Below, piece after piece: positions 19,222 through 29,628 of a stretch of DNA of 64,000 nt (positions within the stretch are counted from its first letter, which is position 1; each line of letters begins with the position of its first letter). The stretch covers positions 448,001 through 512,000 of the forward strand of contig CBDCCK010000002.1 in assembly GCA_965214835.1 (NCBI GenBank), written 5' to 3'. Source of the stretch: Nitrosopumilaceae archaeon. Lineage in GTDB: Archaea; Thermoproteota; Nitrososphaeria; Nitrososphaerales; Nitrosopumilaceae. Position numbers and translations under genes: made by a program. The notes below the pieces were generated by a model that saw only the letters and a program-made list of their open reading frames with translations, was not told where the DNA came from and did no database searches.

Positions 19222-19791
19222 ATGATCACAAACAAACTTGTCATAACTGGACTCGCAGTAGTACTTGCACTAGGTACGCTAGGTTTCAACTGGGTTGAAA
19301 CCATATTGCCAACTGCAGATGCACACGGTGTTCAGGCACAACTTCAGAGTCGTTTCATCAGAATTGAGGATGAGACCTTCAATAGACAGTCCCTACAAAC
19401 TGGCGAAATTCTTACTCTAGAGGGTAAGCTGGTCAGCTTAGTAGCAAGAGACCTCAGGGGATGGATCTCCATCTTCTCAGAGTCTACCAATGCAGGCAAC
19501 AGGTGGGAAATCCTGGCAAGAGACCCGCCAGGCAATGTCTTTGACATTCAAGGTAACGAGGTACTGACATATTCCATCTCTGCAAAAGCACTTGAGGCAG
19601 GCGTATATCACGTACACACACAACTCAACGTTGCATCGGTAGGTCCGGGACTCGGTCCGGGTCAGACAGTTGTCGTAGAAGGCGAGCCAATTATCAAGGC
19701 AATTCCATATACTAACATTGCATATCAATCAATCATTATCGGTGTTGGTTATATCATCACATTCGCAACACGACCCTGGCAAGTAATCTAA
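19222..19791 (+). CDS. amoB: Ammonia monooxygenase subunit B
   Basis: Signal peptide then HGVQAQLQSRF; YHVHTQLNV; C-terminal FATRPWQVI. Confidence 0.99.
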   Translation: MITNKLVITGLAVVLALGTLGFNWVETILPTADAHGVQAQLQSRFIRIEDETFNRQSLQTGEILTLEGKLVSLVARDLRGWISIFSESTNAGNRWEILARDPPGNVFDIQGNEVLTYSISAKALEAGVYHVHTQLNVASVGPGLGPGQTVVVEGEPIIKAIPYTNIAYQSIIIGVGYIITFATRPWQVI

Positions 19792-19889
19792 ACTCCTTTA
19801 TCTTTCCTTTTCATTTTCTGACCATCCAAGCCTGCCCCCATACAGTATGAATTGACAAGTTTTATCAGCCCGGCAAAGATACCATAGCC

Positions 19890-20204
19890 ATGACAATGAG
19901 CTTTGCAATAACCAGACTGGACATCATGCAAAGCTACTTTGTCGGCAAGGTGGAATTCAGGGGAGACGAGTATACGGTCAACATACAGCCCCAAAGGAGG
20001 GGCAAGGTACTCAAACTACCCTTCAAGCTAGGAACAAAAAGGGCCAGATTCATAGTAAGGCTGACCGGAGACGGCCTGGCAGTTGAGGATTATCTGCCGC
20101 ACCTAGGAGAGTCCGAATGGCTTGAAATCGACTCTGACGAGATAACCTACTTTCTGGCAGACAATCAGGACAAGATGGATACCATCGAGGTCATGGACGA
20201 TTAG
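19890..20204 (+). CDS. Conserved hypothetical protein
   Basis: 104-aa ORF with host-like codon use, downstream of amoB. Confidence 0.6.
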   Translation: MTMSFAITRLDIMQSYFVGKVEFRGDEYTVNIQPQRRGKVLKLPFKLGTKRARFIVRLTGDGLAVEDYLPHLGESEWLEIDSDEITYFLADNQDKMDTIEVMDD

Positions 20205-20391
20205 GGATTGTTCAAGAAATTTCCGCAAAATGACCGATGATGCCCCACTGCTCCCCAGGTCGCGCACAATGCATTTGATCTCGCCAAAGCCCCGGCCGTG
20301 GAACCCCTCGCTCAGCGGAGGTCATGCCGTCCTCCCAGTTTTGCAGCCATGTCCAAGCCCAATTAGAAAGGACTTTAAGTGATCCTTCGAA

Positions 20392-20925
20392 ATGCATGTC
20401 ATGATCTGGCCTGGAACCAGCGATCCCTACAAAAGGAAGAAGACCATCAGGTTTTTGGGAATTAGTGCAGGAGTCGGGGCAGTAGCAGTCATGCTGACGG
20501 TGCTAGTGGTCAATCCGTTCCTAGGATCACAGCCGCACAGCGCCTGTATTGAGGATCTTGATACAAGCTGGAAGATCTCGTTTAATGTGGAATTATACGC
20601 AGATGGAAACAAGCTGGAGGTTCCAGCCAATGTGGGATTAACGGAGGGGGGATGCCAGAGGGCGCTATACACGCTGGCAAATGACGGAGTGGCCTTTGCA
20701 GAGTGGACCGAGGAGCACACCTTTGAGATCGGCCACTTTTTGTGGATTGCAGAATATCCAATCAGGGACATGGAACTGTCAAAGTCGGCCCTATACGTCA
20801 ACGATGTCAGATCAGAGCAGTTCCTAAAGCACCCAATCCAGGAGGGTGCGACATACAGGGCCGAGTTTACGACCAAGGAATACGACGCATCAGATGAAAA
20901 GGACTTTCTGCCGCCGGATCTTTAG
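20392..20925 (+). CDS. Membrane-anchored hypothetical protein
   Basis: N-terminal TM; VPANVG...C...LYT motif. Confidence 0.65.
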   Translation: MHVMIWPGTSDPYKRKKTIRFLGISAGVGAVAVMLTVLVVNPFLGSQPHSACIEDLDTSWKISFNVELYADGNKLEVPANVGLTEGGCQRALYTLANDGVAFAEWTEEHTFEIGHFLWIAEYPIRDMELSKSALYVNDVRSEQFLKHPIQEGATYRAEFTTKEYDASDEKDFLPPDL

Positions 20926-20997
20926 ATAACATCAAAAAATTAAGGCACGAGCCATCGTCCAAGACGAATCAAAAATAATGAAAAGAAGAGAAGTGTT

Positions 20998-21282
20998 TTA
21001 CCAGTATTTGCCGTTGTCTGGAATTAGACCAATGCCTTCTCTCTCAAAGTGTCTGTCTAACTCGTCAACCCATCTCTCACGGTTGTCCTTGTAAGACCAG
21101 CCGTGGACACGTAACCAGAATGCGATAATTCCCAGAAGGAAGATAACGAACATCATCGTGCCGAAGATGTAAATCATGACATCGTAAAATAGTGGGTCAT
21201 AGTTTGGTCCCAACTGTCCTGTAAGTGATGACAGGATGCTAAGGAACGTTCCTACGATAGGAGTCATTAGAATATGAGCCAT
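20998..21282 (-). CDS. amoY: Small membrane protein, probable AMO accessory subunit Y
   Basis: Single-TM protein next to the amo cluster with amo-like base composition; Y/Z assignment by synteny, from memory. Confidence 0.55.
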   Translation of the reverse strand: MAHILMTPIVGTFLSILSSLTGQLGPNYDPLFYDVMIYIFGTMMFVIFLLGIIAFWLRVHGWSYKDNRERWVDELDRHFEREGIGLIPDNGKYW

Positions 21283-21379
21283 ATTTGTGCGATATATAGA
21301 TTTCTGTCAGGCGTCAATATGTGCTAAATCAGGCAGTGCTAGGAGCGATCTAATAAAATAAGAAAAGGTGTGGTCTTGA

Positions 21380-21709
21380 TTAACCCCTGCCCATTGCAGC
21401 ATATTTTCCAGAACGTGCTCTGAAGAAGAATGACGCTGCGATTCCGCCAAAGACGGCACCGGCAATTGCGGATGCACCAAGCACACCGCCTGCATCCAAG
21501 TAAGGAGTGCCAGAACCACTAGATGGATTTTCTGTTACAGCCTCGATTCTACGTCTCTGGATTTCCAGGGCCTCTTCCAAGGTGTTTTTGCCTGTCTCTC
21601 CAGCATCACCGACGTTTCCTAGATATTGTGCATAGGCGATTCCTAGGAATCCCATGCTGCCCAGTACTACGACGGAGAACATTCCTGCGAATAGTATCTT
21701 TTGATTCAT
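21380..21709 (-). CDS. amoZ: Signal peptide plus C-terminal TM protein, probable AMO accessory subunit Z
   Basis: AYAQ signal cleavage site; SGSGTPYLDAGGVLGASAIAGAVFGG; synteny with amo genes and rps15. Confidence 0.6.
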   Translation of the reverse strand: MNQKILFAGMFSVVVLGSMGFLGIAYAQYLGNVGDAGETGKNTLEEALEIQRRRIEAVTENPSSGSGTPYLDAGGVLGASAIAGAVFGGIAASFFFRARSGKYAAMGRG

Positions 21710-21798
21710 ACCGTTTACCTGTTGTTTTTAGGCTAACCGTACTTATTTAACCTTTATTTTGAGCACCAGATCTGGGGCAATCTTTAGCGAGATCCGCA

Positions 21799-21887
21799 GT
21801 AATCGGCAGATCATGGCGACATGCAGGCGTGAATTTTGCTGTGGGGAGGGCTTGCATGGCTGAAAACCGAGGGATCTAACCGATTAC
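21799..21887. mobile_element. IS66-type MITE (family J) between divergent amoZ and rps15
   Basis: GTAATCGG...CCGATTAC ends; perfect 8-bp TSD GATCCGCA. Confidence 0.85.
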
Positions 21888-21935
21888 GATCCGCAACAAG
21901 TAACGTTTAATTCCGTACCACGAGCCTGCATTCCC

Positions 21936-22385
21936 ATGGGAAGGCTTCACAGTCACAGGCATGGAAAATCACACTCGATTAGGCCGGTCACCGTCAGGGC
22001 AGCCTCGTGGATTACCCAGAGCCCGCAAGAGGTAGAGGAGCTTGTTGTAAAGTATTCAAAGGAGGGTCTCACCCCGAGTCAGATCGGGATCAGGCTAAGG
22101 GATCAGCACTCAATCCCACTGGCAAAGCCAATTACAAAAAAGACGGTAGGTCAGATTCTAAAAGAAAACGAGTTAGAGTCGGAGATGCCAGAAGACCTAG
22201 ACAACATCGTCAAAAAGGCAGTCGGTTTGCAAAAACACCTCAAAGCAAACAAGGGGGACAGAAGAAACGTCAGATCCCTTGAACTGATCGAGGCAAAGGT
22301 TCACAGGCTCTCAGTCTATTACAAAAAAATTGGCAGGATTCCACAAAACTGGAAATATAAGTCAGTAGTAGCTCAACTAGAGTGA
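21936..22385 (+). CDS. rps15: 30S ribosomal protein uS15
   Basis: MGRLHSHRHGKSHS, PSQIGIRLRD and LIEAKVHRL..YYK. Confidence 0.97.
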   Translation: MGRLHSHRHGKSHSIRPVTVRAASWITQSPQEVEELVVKYSKEGLTPSQIGIRLRDQHSIPLAKPITKKTVGQILKENELESEMPEDLDNIVKKAVGLQKHLKANKGDRRNVRSLELIEAKVHRLSVYYKKIGRIPQNWKYKSVVAQLE

Positions 22386-23806
22386 TGGCCCAGAGTCTTG
22401 ATAGCGCACTGTCTAATTTTCGCGATAAAATCTCAGAACTTGTAAAATCCAAAAAGTCAATCTCGGTTACCACACACATTGACTGTGACGGGCTGACTTC
22501 AGGCAGCATAGTAACAAAGGCCCTGATTCGGGCAGGGGCAAACGTCACGGTCCGAACCTCAAAGGAGTTCAGCCCCAAGATAATAGACTCGCTAAGCCGG
22601 GATCACAGGGACTTTCACATAGTAACGGATCTCGGGGGCGGGTTCGGGGCGGAGCTAGATGAAAAGCTGGGTGAAGACTGGCTTGTCTTGGATCACCACG
22701 AAATCCCAGAGGAGGAGAAGGACAACCCCCGGGTCATCAATGCTTGGAAGTACGGCATCGATGGTGGAGTCGAGATTTGTGCGGGAGGAATGGCATATTT
22801 GGCATCATGTGCACTAGGTGAGAAAAACGCAGACCTGTCGGCAACTGCGGTGGTCTCGGCGCTAGGCGACAGGCAGGATCAGGGCGAGAAAAAGGCTTTC
22901 ATGGGAAAAAATACAGAGATTGCAAACACGGCAAAAGACCTGGGGCTGCTGAGCATTGATTTGGACTTGCTGCTGGTGGGCCGGGAGACCAGGCCCTTAG
23001 CAGACGCCCTGGCGTTTACCTCACAGCCATTCATCGAGGGGCTGACATGGAACAGGGACTCGTGCTATTCCCTTCTTCAGACGTCGGGTATTCCCCTAAA
23101 GGAGGGAGGCAGGTGGAGGGTGCCCGCAGAACTGACCGAGGACGAAAAGCGCACGCTGATCGAGGCCGCTGCCAGGTTTGCCTCAGACAAGAATGCGACA
23201 GAGATCATGTCAGGACTGATCGGGTATGCCTATACGTTCCCCAGAGAGGACGGACGCAGCTTCCTAAGGGACGGCAGGGAGTTCTCAACCATGCTGAACT
23301 CATGTGGGCGCATCAGCAAGTCAGGGGTGGGAATAGCAGTCTGCATGGGGGACAGAAATAAGATCCTGAGGGAGGGAGAAGGCATCCTTACGGAATACAG
23401 AAGGATGATTCGCGAATACATGAACATCCTGGCAAATGAGAGGTGGAGGATTTCAGAAAGCAAGACATGCGTGATGGTAAACGGGGATGGGGTGGTGCCT
23501 GAAACAATGACTGGCACCATATCGTCCCTGATTGCGGGGTCTCCAAAAAACGCAGGAAAAATAGTGATCCTGAGGACCGGCAGCGAGGAGGGCGCGATCA
23601 AGTTTTCATCAAGAAAGTCCTTTGGGTGCAAATCAGACGTAAATCTCAGCGAGCTGATGAGGGCGGGGGCTGAAAAATTCGAGGGCGTCGGGGGAGGCCA
23701 CGATGCCGCGGCGGGTGCAAAGATCACTAAAGACAAATTAGATGGGTTCTTGGACTATTTGGAGGCCAATGTCGCTAAGGTGCCAGGTTCAGGTAACACT
23801 GAATAA
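22382..23806 (+). CDS. DHH/DHHA1 phosphoesterase (RecJ-like)
   Basis: HIDCDG, DLGGG, LDHH and GGGHDAAAG motifs. Confidence 0.92.
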   Translation: MMAQSLDSALSNFRDKISELVKSKKSISVTTHIDCDGLTSGSIVTKALIRAGANVTVRTSKEFSPKIIDSLSRDHRDFHIVTDLGGGFGAELDEKLGEDWLVLDHHEIPEEEKDNPRVINAWKYGIDGGVEICAGGMAYLASCALGEKNADLSATAVVSALGDRQDQGEKKAFMGKNTEIANTAKDLGLLSIDLDLLLVGRETRPLADALAFTSQPFIEGLTWNRDSCYSLLQTSGIPLKEGGRWRVPAELTEDEKRTLIEAAARFASDKNATEIMSGLIGYAYTFPREDGRSFLRDGREFSTMLNSCGRISKSGVGIAVCMGDRNKILREGEGILTEYRRMIREYMNILANERWRISESKTCVMVNGDGVVPETMTGTISSLIAGSPKNAGKIVILRTGSEEGAIKFSSRKSFGCKSDVNLSELMRAGAEKFEGVGGGHDAAAGAKITKDKLDGFLDYLEANVAKVPGSGNTE

Positions 23807-24011
23807 CATTCCAAGGGAAAAGGCCCAGACCGTGAAAAAGGCCCTGGGGCCAGACAATGTGGATTTTCCAGAAAACTTGAGCCTTGAGATGAAAAATGTT
23901 GATGACAGCCTTGTCTTTGACTTTCAGAGTCAGGGAAACATGAGGGGGCTCATAGGAACGGTAGACGAGGTGCTAGAGCACATTCAGGTGGCGCTAAAGG
24001 TGATCGAGTGA
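23769..24011 (+). CDS. KEOPS Pcc1-like subunit
   Basis: 80 aa with AL.PDN motif; position after the DHH gene. Confidence 0.7.
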   Translation: MSLRCQVQVTLNNIPREKAQTVKKALGPDNVDFPENLSLEMKNVDDSLVFDFQSQGNMRGLIGTVDEVLEHIQVALKVIE

Positions 24012-25270
24012 TGCTGGATCCGAAAATCCTCAGGGAGGATCCAGAAAAAGTCAGGGGCATGCTCAAGGACAGGGCAGTCGACTTTGACCTGGACGGCCTG
24101 GTGCAGGCAGACAGGCAGAGAAGAGAGCTGATCGCAAAGACAGACGAGATCAGGGCCAGAAAGAACGGGATGGCACTACAAATATCAGAGAAAAAAAAGG
24201 CGGGGGAGGATGCCAGTCGGATTCTAGAGAAGATGAAAGGCGTATCAGCGGAGCTTGCAAGACTGGGGGGGGAGCAGGAGAGGACAAGGCAGAAATATGA
24301 AAGGCTGGCATTTACGGTTCCCAACCTGATCGACGAGTCTGTTCCCATCGGAGACGGCACGGCAAACATCGAGGAGAGGAGGTGGGGCAGCATCCCCCGA
24401 TTCGACTTTGAGATCAAGGATCACATCGACCTCTCAGAGCAGCTGAACCTGGTGGATCTGGAGAGGGCCGCCAAGGTATCCGGGGCCAGGTTCTACTACC
24501 TGAGAGACGACCTAGTGCGGCTCAACCACGCCCTGATTCAGTATGCCCTGGACTTTCTGGGTGGGAGGGGATACTCCTTGGTCCAGCCGCCCTACATGAT
24601 CAACCGTGGCTCGATGGAGGGGGCGGTGATTGCAGATGACTTTGAGGACGTCATTTACAAGGTGGAAGACGAGGACCTGTTTCTGATTGGAACCTCAGAG
24701 CACGCAATGGCTGCAATGCATGCCGATGAAATCTTGGAGGGTGGGAGCCTGCCCATAAGATATGCGGGGGTAAGTCCCTGCTTCAGAAAGGAGGCCGGAG
24801 CCCACGGCCGTGATCAGAAGGGAATCTTCAGGGTGCACCAGTTTGAAAAAATAGAGCAGTTTGTCTACTCCAGGCCCGAGGACTCCAAGAGGGAGCACGA
24901 GGGGATGCTGGTAGCAGCAGAGGAGTTCTACCAGAAGCTGGGAATCCCGTACAAGGTCATGCTGCTATCCAGTGCAGACATGGGAAAGGTCTCGGCCAAA
25001 ACGTGGGATATCGAGGCGTGGATGGCAGGCCAGAACGCATACAGGGAGGTCGTATCCTGCTCAAACTGCTGGGAGTACCAGGCACGAAGGCTGAAGATCA
25101 GGTTCAGGGACAGGACAAGCGAGGAGACCCGGTACCTGCACACTCTGAACAGCACCCTGGTGGCGACCACGCGGGTTCTAGTCTCCATAATGGAGAACTT
25201 TCAGACCAGGGACGGCCACATAGGGATTCCAAAGGTGCTGCAGCAGTACGTCAGAAAGGACTCGATCTAG
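24008..25270 (+). CDS. serS: Seryl-tRNA synthetase
   Basis: N-terminal coiled coil; LIGTSEH, FRKEAG, FRVHQFEK, EVVSCSN and HTLNST. Confidence 0.98.
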   Translation: MMLDPKILREDPEKVRGMLKDRAVDFDLDGLVQADRQRRELIAKTDEIRARKNGMALQISEKKKAGEDASRILEKMKGVSAELARLGGEQERTRQKYERLAFTVPNLIDESVPIGDGTANIEERRWGSIPRFDFEIKDHIDLSEQLNLVDLERAAKVSGARFYYLRDDLVRLNHALIQYALDFLGGRGYSLVQPPYMINRGSMEGAVIADDFEDVIYKVEDEDLFLIGTSEHAMAAMHADEILEGGSLPIRYAGVSPCFRKEAGAHGRDQKGIFRVHQFEKIEQFVYSRPEDSKREHEGMLVAAEEFYQKLGIPYKVMLLSSADMGKVSAKTWDIEAWMAGQNAYREVVSCSNCWEYQARRLKIRFRDRTSEETRYLHTLNSTLVATTRVLVSIMENFQTRDGHIGIPKVLQQYVRKDSI

Positions 25271-25433
25271 CGGGTTTTCCACACGCACCCAAAAACAGCT
25301 CCCCCGATCGAGTCGTCCATGGCGGCGGCCAGGCGGCCCGAGAGGGTCACGCCATAGCAGAGATCCATGAACATCCACAAGATGCGTAATCATCAGGCAA
25401 AACTTTCAATGGTCATCAGTGTAGGTGAAAACT

Positions 25434-25545
25434 GTGACATCTCGGGCTCTGGAAGTTCAGGCGTGAATTTTGCCTCCCCGAAAACCCCGATCGAGAATAA
25501 TCCGTGCCTAGGATCAGGAATGGCGTCCAGAATGCGAGCTGTTGC
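25434..25545. mobile_element. MITE family D (degenerate), preceded by an IS630 end remnant at ~25395-25424
   Basis: CTCGGGCTCTGGAAGTTCAGGC shared with 60970-61080; TTTCAATGGTCATCAGT matches the IS630 TIR. Confidence 0.7.
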
Positions 25546-25590
25546 GTAGCGGTGTTTGTGTGCATGCGGCCGTGTAGGCAGTCCGTCCCG

Positions 25591-26592
25591 TTAGGCGGCC
25601 TGACCAGGAAAGTCTGAGAGGACAGGATAGCCGTGCCTTTTGGCGTTGTGATAGTGCCACCTGAGGTCGTTTTGCCCGCGCGGGGCCTTTGACAAGTTCC
25701 TCGCGTAGTCGATCTCGTCTGGGTGCAGGCTGTTGCGCTCGTGCAGCTTCCCAAGGTATCGCTGCGGTGGAAGGCGGTCGGATTTTTTACAGTTGCACCC
25801 CTGGCAGGCGAGAACAAGGTTCCACATGGCCGTGTCTCCCATATAGTCGTACGGTATGAAGTGATCCACGTGCGTGTTTGCCCCCCGCCGCAGGGTGTCC
25901 TCGCAGTAAAAGCACCCCTCTGTCAGAGGCCACAGCCTGTCCACGAACACACGCTGATTCCTCAGTCCGGGGATCCCTTCGAGCTTTTTTACCAGGTTCG
26001 GCGTTCCGAAATTGCGTTTCTCAAGAAAGCGCAGCCATTCAAGCGTCACCGCCTTGAGCAGGCACGCGTGATGCCCCCTGAAAAAATTTATGGCCTCATG
26101 GTTCAACAGTATCCCGCCCCGCGGGTCGATCCTTTTGTTGTCTGCCGAATCCCCGTACTCTTTTGCAAAGTAGTGAAAGAACGTCCTTTTTTCACCGGAG
26201 ATCTTTTGGAATCTCGGTATCACGTCGTCAAAACACTTTTTTGTGATTTTTTCGATGCATCTGCGCACCTGGTCGGGCTTTTCCTTTTTTAGCCTCTTAA
26301 ACGTCTGGGGGTAGACCTGCTCGGGAAACTCGTCGCGGATGATCGTTATTACCTCGGGTCGCTGGTTTTCTGGCCCCTGCCGAAGCTTGAACTTGCATTC
26401 CTGCATCCAGTAATACTTGAAAAAGTATTCTGCAATCGTAGAGTATCTGACCATCGGGTCGTTGTGTCTCTGGCTGTACTCCAGCATGAACCTGGCCAGG
26501 GCAAACTTGTAGGTGTTGTTTTTGACCCCCTTTGCAAGTATCCCCACGAACTCGTCGTGAAACTCGTCGTCGGTCTTTTCCTCAAAGCTCAT
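25591..26592 (-). CDS. HNH endonuclease with large N-terminal domain (type IV restriction-like)
   Basis: NTYKFAL at the N-terminus; CFYC...HVDHFIP...NLVLACQGCNCKKSD. Confidence 0.85.
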   Translation of the reverse strand: MSFEEKTDDEFHDEFVGILAKGVKNNTYKFALARFMLEYSQRHNDPMVRYSTIAEYFFKYYWMQECKFKLRQGPENQRPEVITIIRDEFPEQVYPQTFKRLKKEKPDQVRRCIEKITKKCFDDVIPRFQKISGEKRTFFHYFAKEYGDSADNKRIDPRGGILLNHEAINFFRGHHACLLKAVTLEWLRFLEKRNFGTPNLVKKLEGIPGLRNQRVFVDRLWPLTEGCFYCEDTLRRGANTHVDHFIPYDYMGDTAMWNLVLACQGCNCKKSDRLPPQRYLGKLHERNSLHPDEIDYARNLSKAPRGQNDLRWHYHNAKRHGYPVLSDFPGQAA

Positions 26593-26779
26593 CTGCTGTT
26601 CACGTATCCGTTTTCATGATATATCTCTGTTATCGTGCATGGCGCGGTTCCTGTAAAGGATTTGTTGCCGTGATCAGCGCGGCTTTAGTCCGTGTACTGC
26701 ACTCGGGCCAAGGAGCTCGCTGGCGTGCTGCCCAATGGCATGCAGCCGGGCCAGCCCGTCTGTGATGAAGCTCCCATAG

Positions 26780-27340
26780 CAACGAACAGAAGTCTTTGAG
26801 TCAAAACAGGGCGCATACGACAGATGCGTATGGGTCCAATAGGCGCCAGAGGCGTGACATCGTATTCGGGGGATCGCACAAGGGTGGCCGTGTTTGGAGG
26901 CATCTCAGAGGGCGGCAGGAGGCTGTTCAGGACGTGTACGGGATCGTTTGCGCCGGTGCAGTTCATACAATGTCTAGAGGCGCTGCGCGAAGTCTGGCAG
27001 GGTTGCCGTCTTTTGCGACAGGTGGAGCGTGCACAGATCTGCTGCCGTCGCAGAATATCTGGCGGGCCATCAGGCTGATAATGATCCCGGGGGGATCGCC
27101 GTACCTCAATAGACTTTATGCATAATCGACCTGAATGAGGCGAATTTGTTCGTAATAATCCTGGGTCTGAACCGATTACGCATAAAGTCTAATGTCGTAG
27201 AAGAATGCTGAAACCTGGGCAGGCATGTAGTTTTCAGGGGGATGGTGTACAGAAAGGTCGGCAAGCTGCGGCACGCCATATCTGAGTATTGCAGGACGGC
27301 GTCGTTTGCCCGCCCTTGCATGTGCAAGTACATTTACAGA
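26780..27340 (+). pseudogene. Degraded IS630 transposase
   Basis: VAVFGGISEGGRRLFRT and IPGGSPYLN|VVEECW segments parallel the intact IS630 at 62832-63818. Confidence 0.7.
27111..27190. mobile_element. MITE family F (80 bp)
   Basis: TIR AGACTTTATGCATAATCG / CGATTACGCATAAAGTCT; AAT TSD. Confidence 0.85.
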
Positions 27341-27543
27341 TCGCCGGTCAAGGCCCTCAATTACTTGTGACCGTTGCTATACTACTACCTCGGTCTCGTG
27401 ATTGCCATTGATATTTTTCTTTAGCAATTCCACAACTTGAGTAATGTTTTGGGATTCATTGTATGTTGGGATTATTATAGAAATAGTGCTACATTCTGTC
27501 AATTATACAGTTCACCGCCAGCCTGCTAATTTGTGTAACAAAG

Positions 27544-29011
27544 TCACCAATTACTCCTAATTTCAATCAGATCCCCCTCCCGTGTAAACTTGTAGCTGCC
27601 GTTTGGAAACTTTGATGCATCAATCTCCCCGACGGCTCCCTGAAACTGCTCTATCGTATCGGTGTTCTCATACACATACCTGAGTTCCGGACCCCTGTCA
27701 ATGTCATAAATAAAGTGTGGATCTGCCATGAGCAGTATTTTCTCTGTCCTTATCGGCTCAAACAGGATCAAGGAATAATCAACCAAGGTATTTTCCCTGT
27801 CATAAACATGGTACAGGATCCACGAGTACACGGGGCTTGCAAGTATGGTCATCTCCTCGTCTTTGGTGTTTTCCAGGACAAAAGAGAGCGCCTCAAACTG
27901 GGATGACGACACGTCGGCACTGATAATCATGCTGGTTGTAATCAGACCAAACGTTCCAACTGCAACGACGACCCCCAGCGTTGCATAGCCCTGAGCTGCT
28001 GTTTTTGCAATCTTACCAACCCCCCTGTCTATCAAGACTGCAGCTGCAATACACATTACGGGAATCAGCGGAATCCAGTGAAAGTATTGGACAAACCCGA
28101 TTGCCGCAAAAAACAAAAGCATCGGTGCAAACCACAGCAGGACGAACTTTTCCCTCCTTGCTGCGGCAAAGATAAATCCGGCAATTCCAAGCACCAGCAA
28201 AACCGAGTCAATTTCAAACAGGTATGCGACAATTACCGGCAGTCCACCACTGGCTCTTCCCGCCTGCCACAACACGTCATTTACCCACAAGTCAAACTGG
28301 CCTACAGACAGGCCATATACAGGCCAGATTGCCGGAATCAGGACGACAGGAGCAAGCCACAATCCCACATGCCTGGCTTTTTTGTCCGCACAATAAACTA
28401 GGACTGAAACCAAGGGAATTAGCGCAAATGCTGGAATCTTTGTAAAGACTGCAAGGCCCAAACAAACGCCGGATGAAATCATATGCGTGCTTTCTGTCCG
28501 AGTCCTTCGAGTAGAGTGCAAGCAGTATTGATGACAATGCAAACGGGAGGAATATTGAGTCAAGCAGTATTCTTCGAAGAAGCCATGACATTGGCATCAC
28601 TGCAAACAATATCGATGCAATTATTGCGACTCTGCGCCCAAACCTTTTTTCGGTAATTTTGTAGATCAGGAGCGTATCCAGGACGGCAAGAAGCCCCATG
28701 AACACCCGTGGAACCAGGTAAAGCGCCTCCAGCGACGAGGCATCTGTGGAAGCACCAAGCGAGTCAGGATGCCCTGTCATTTGCAGGATGCCAGACAGGA
28801 CTATCTGGCCAAAGAACGGATGATCATAAAACCAGCCTTCCTGCGGACTGCCATTGTCCAGAATGTTCATGGCACGCCGCACGTATACTCCCTCATCAAA
28901 GAAGATGTCTGGAAACCCCACCGGATTCCAAAGATGCGTGTACGCCGAAAGTATCAGCGGAACCATCAGCAGAAACAGCGAAGCCCTTTTACTTCCATAA
29001 ATGCTATGCAA
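27544..29011 (-). pseudogene. ArnT/PMT (GT39/GT83-like) membrane glycosyltransferase, frameshifted near 28485
   Basis: DEGVY, YDHPFFG, RRILLDS and FTKIP motifs split across overlapping ORFs 28292-29011 and 27544-28563. Confidence 0.8.
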
Positions 29012-29083
29012 CTACCCAACCTCAAATGAAAAACTCAACAAATTTGGCGTAACTCCGACGAAATTTACCTGTTTCGATATGAT

Positions 29084-29194
29084 CAGATAAGTGAAATGTA
29101 AATGAGGTTTGTTGTTTTGCCTTGTTACTGAGGTACCGTGCCTCTCGTCCAGTTTCTGTTTTTGCTCGATTTCAGGGTACTTTTCACTTAGCTG
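29084..29194. mobile_element. MITE family G
   Basis: CAG(A/C)TAAGTGAAA / TTTCACTTAGCTG ends; inverted copy at 53683-53791. Confidence 0.8.
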
Positions 29195-29199
29195 ACATA

Positions 29200-29320
29200 C
29201 AGTCTTCCCAGAAGTAACCGACCCATGGTGGCGCAGGAGGTGACATGCGGATCTGCAGGCATCCTTATCTGAATTGTTTCGAGCCCCGGATAATTTGATG
29301 CGGTACTTCTGGGAAGACTG
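29200..29320. mobile_element. MITE family C (ISH3-like termini)
   Basis: TIR CAGTCTTCCCAGAAGTA; six copies in the window. Confidence 0.88.
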
Positions 29321-29437
29321 TCGGTCAAGTTTCAAATTTTAGGCAGGGTTATGCAACAAGCTAGACTACAGCGGGGGTGTTTTTACCATGTGTTCAACTA
29401 CTGACACAATGCGTAGCACATAATTATCAAAAAATAC

Positions 29438-29530
29438 GTACGAGGTCACGCCCCCCTGCTGGCTAGGCATGAAAATCATAGACACGCATGCCAACTCGTG
29501 CCTGATTGGCAGGGGCAGGTGACCTCGTAC
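29438..29530. mobile_element. MITE family B
   Basis: GTACGAGGTCAC TIR; 8-bp TSD AAAAATAC; absent from the sister module at 34850. Confidence 0.9.
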
Positions 29531-29541
29531 AAAAATACAAT

Positions 29542-29618
29542 AGACCTTATGCGTAATCGGTTAAAATCAAAAAATCAGGCATCTTTTACGTCATTTTTGG
29601 CAATCACGCATAAGGTCT
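29542..29618. mobile_element. MITE family F
   Basis: AGACCTTATGCGT / CGCATAAGGTCT ends; AAT TSD; empty site in the sister module. Confidence 0.85.
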
Positions 29619-29628
29619 AATGAAAAAC

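Noticed and set aside
15946-19791. Lower GC of the amo genes as evidence of horizontal transfer
   Set aside because: Canonical synteny and sequence; codon bias of very highly expressed genes explains it more simply.
29000-29620. Cluster of palindromic units as a CRISPR or ncRNA array
   Set aside because: It resolves into adjacent MITEs of different families (G, C, IS5 end, B, F) with TIRs and TSDs.
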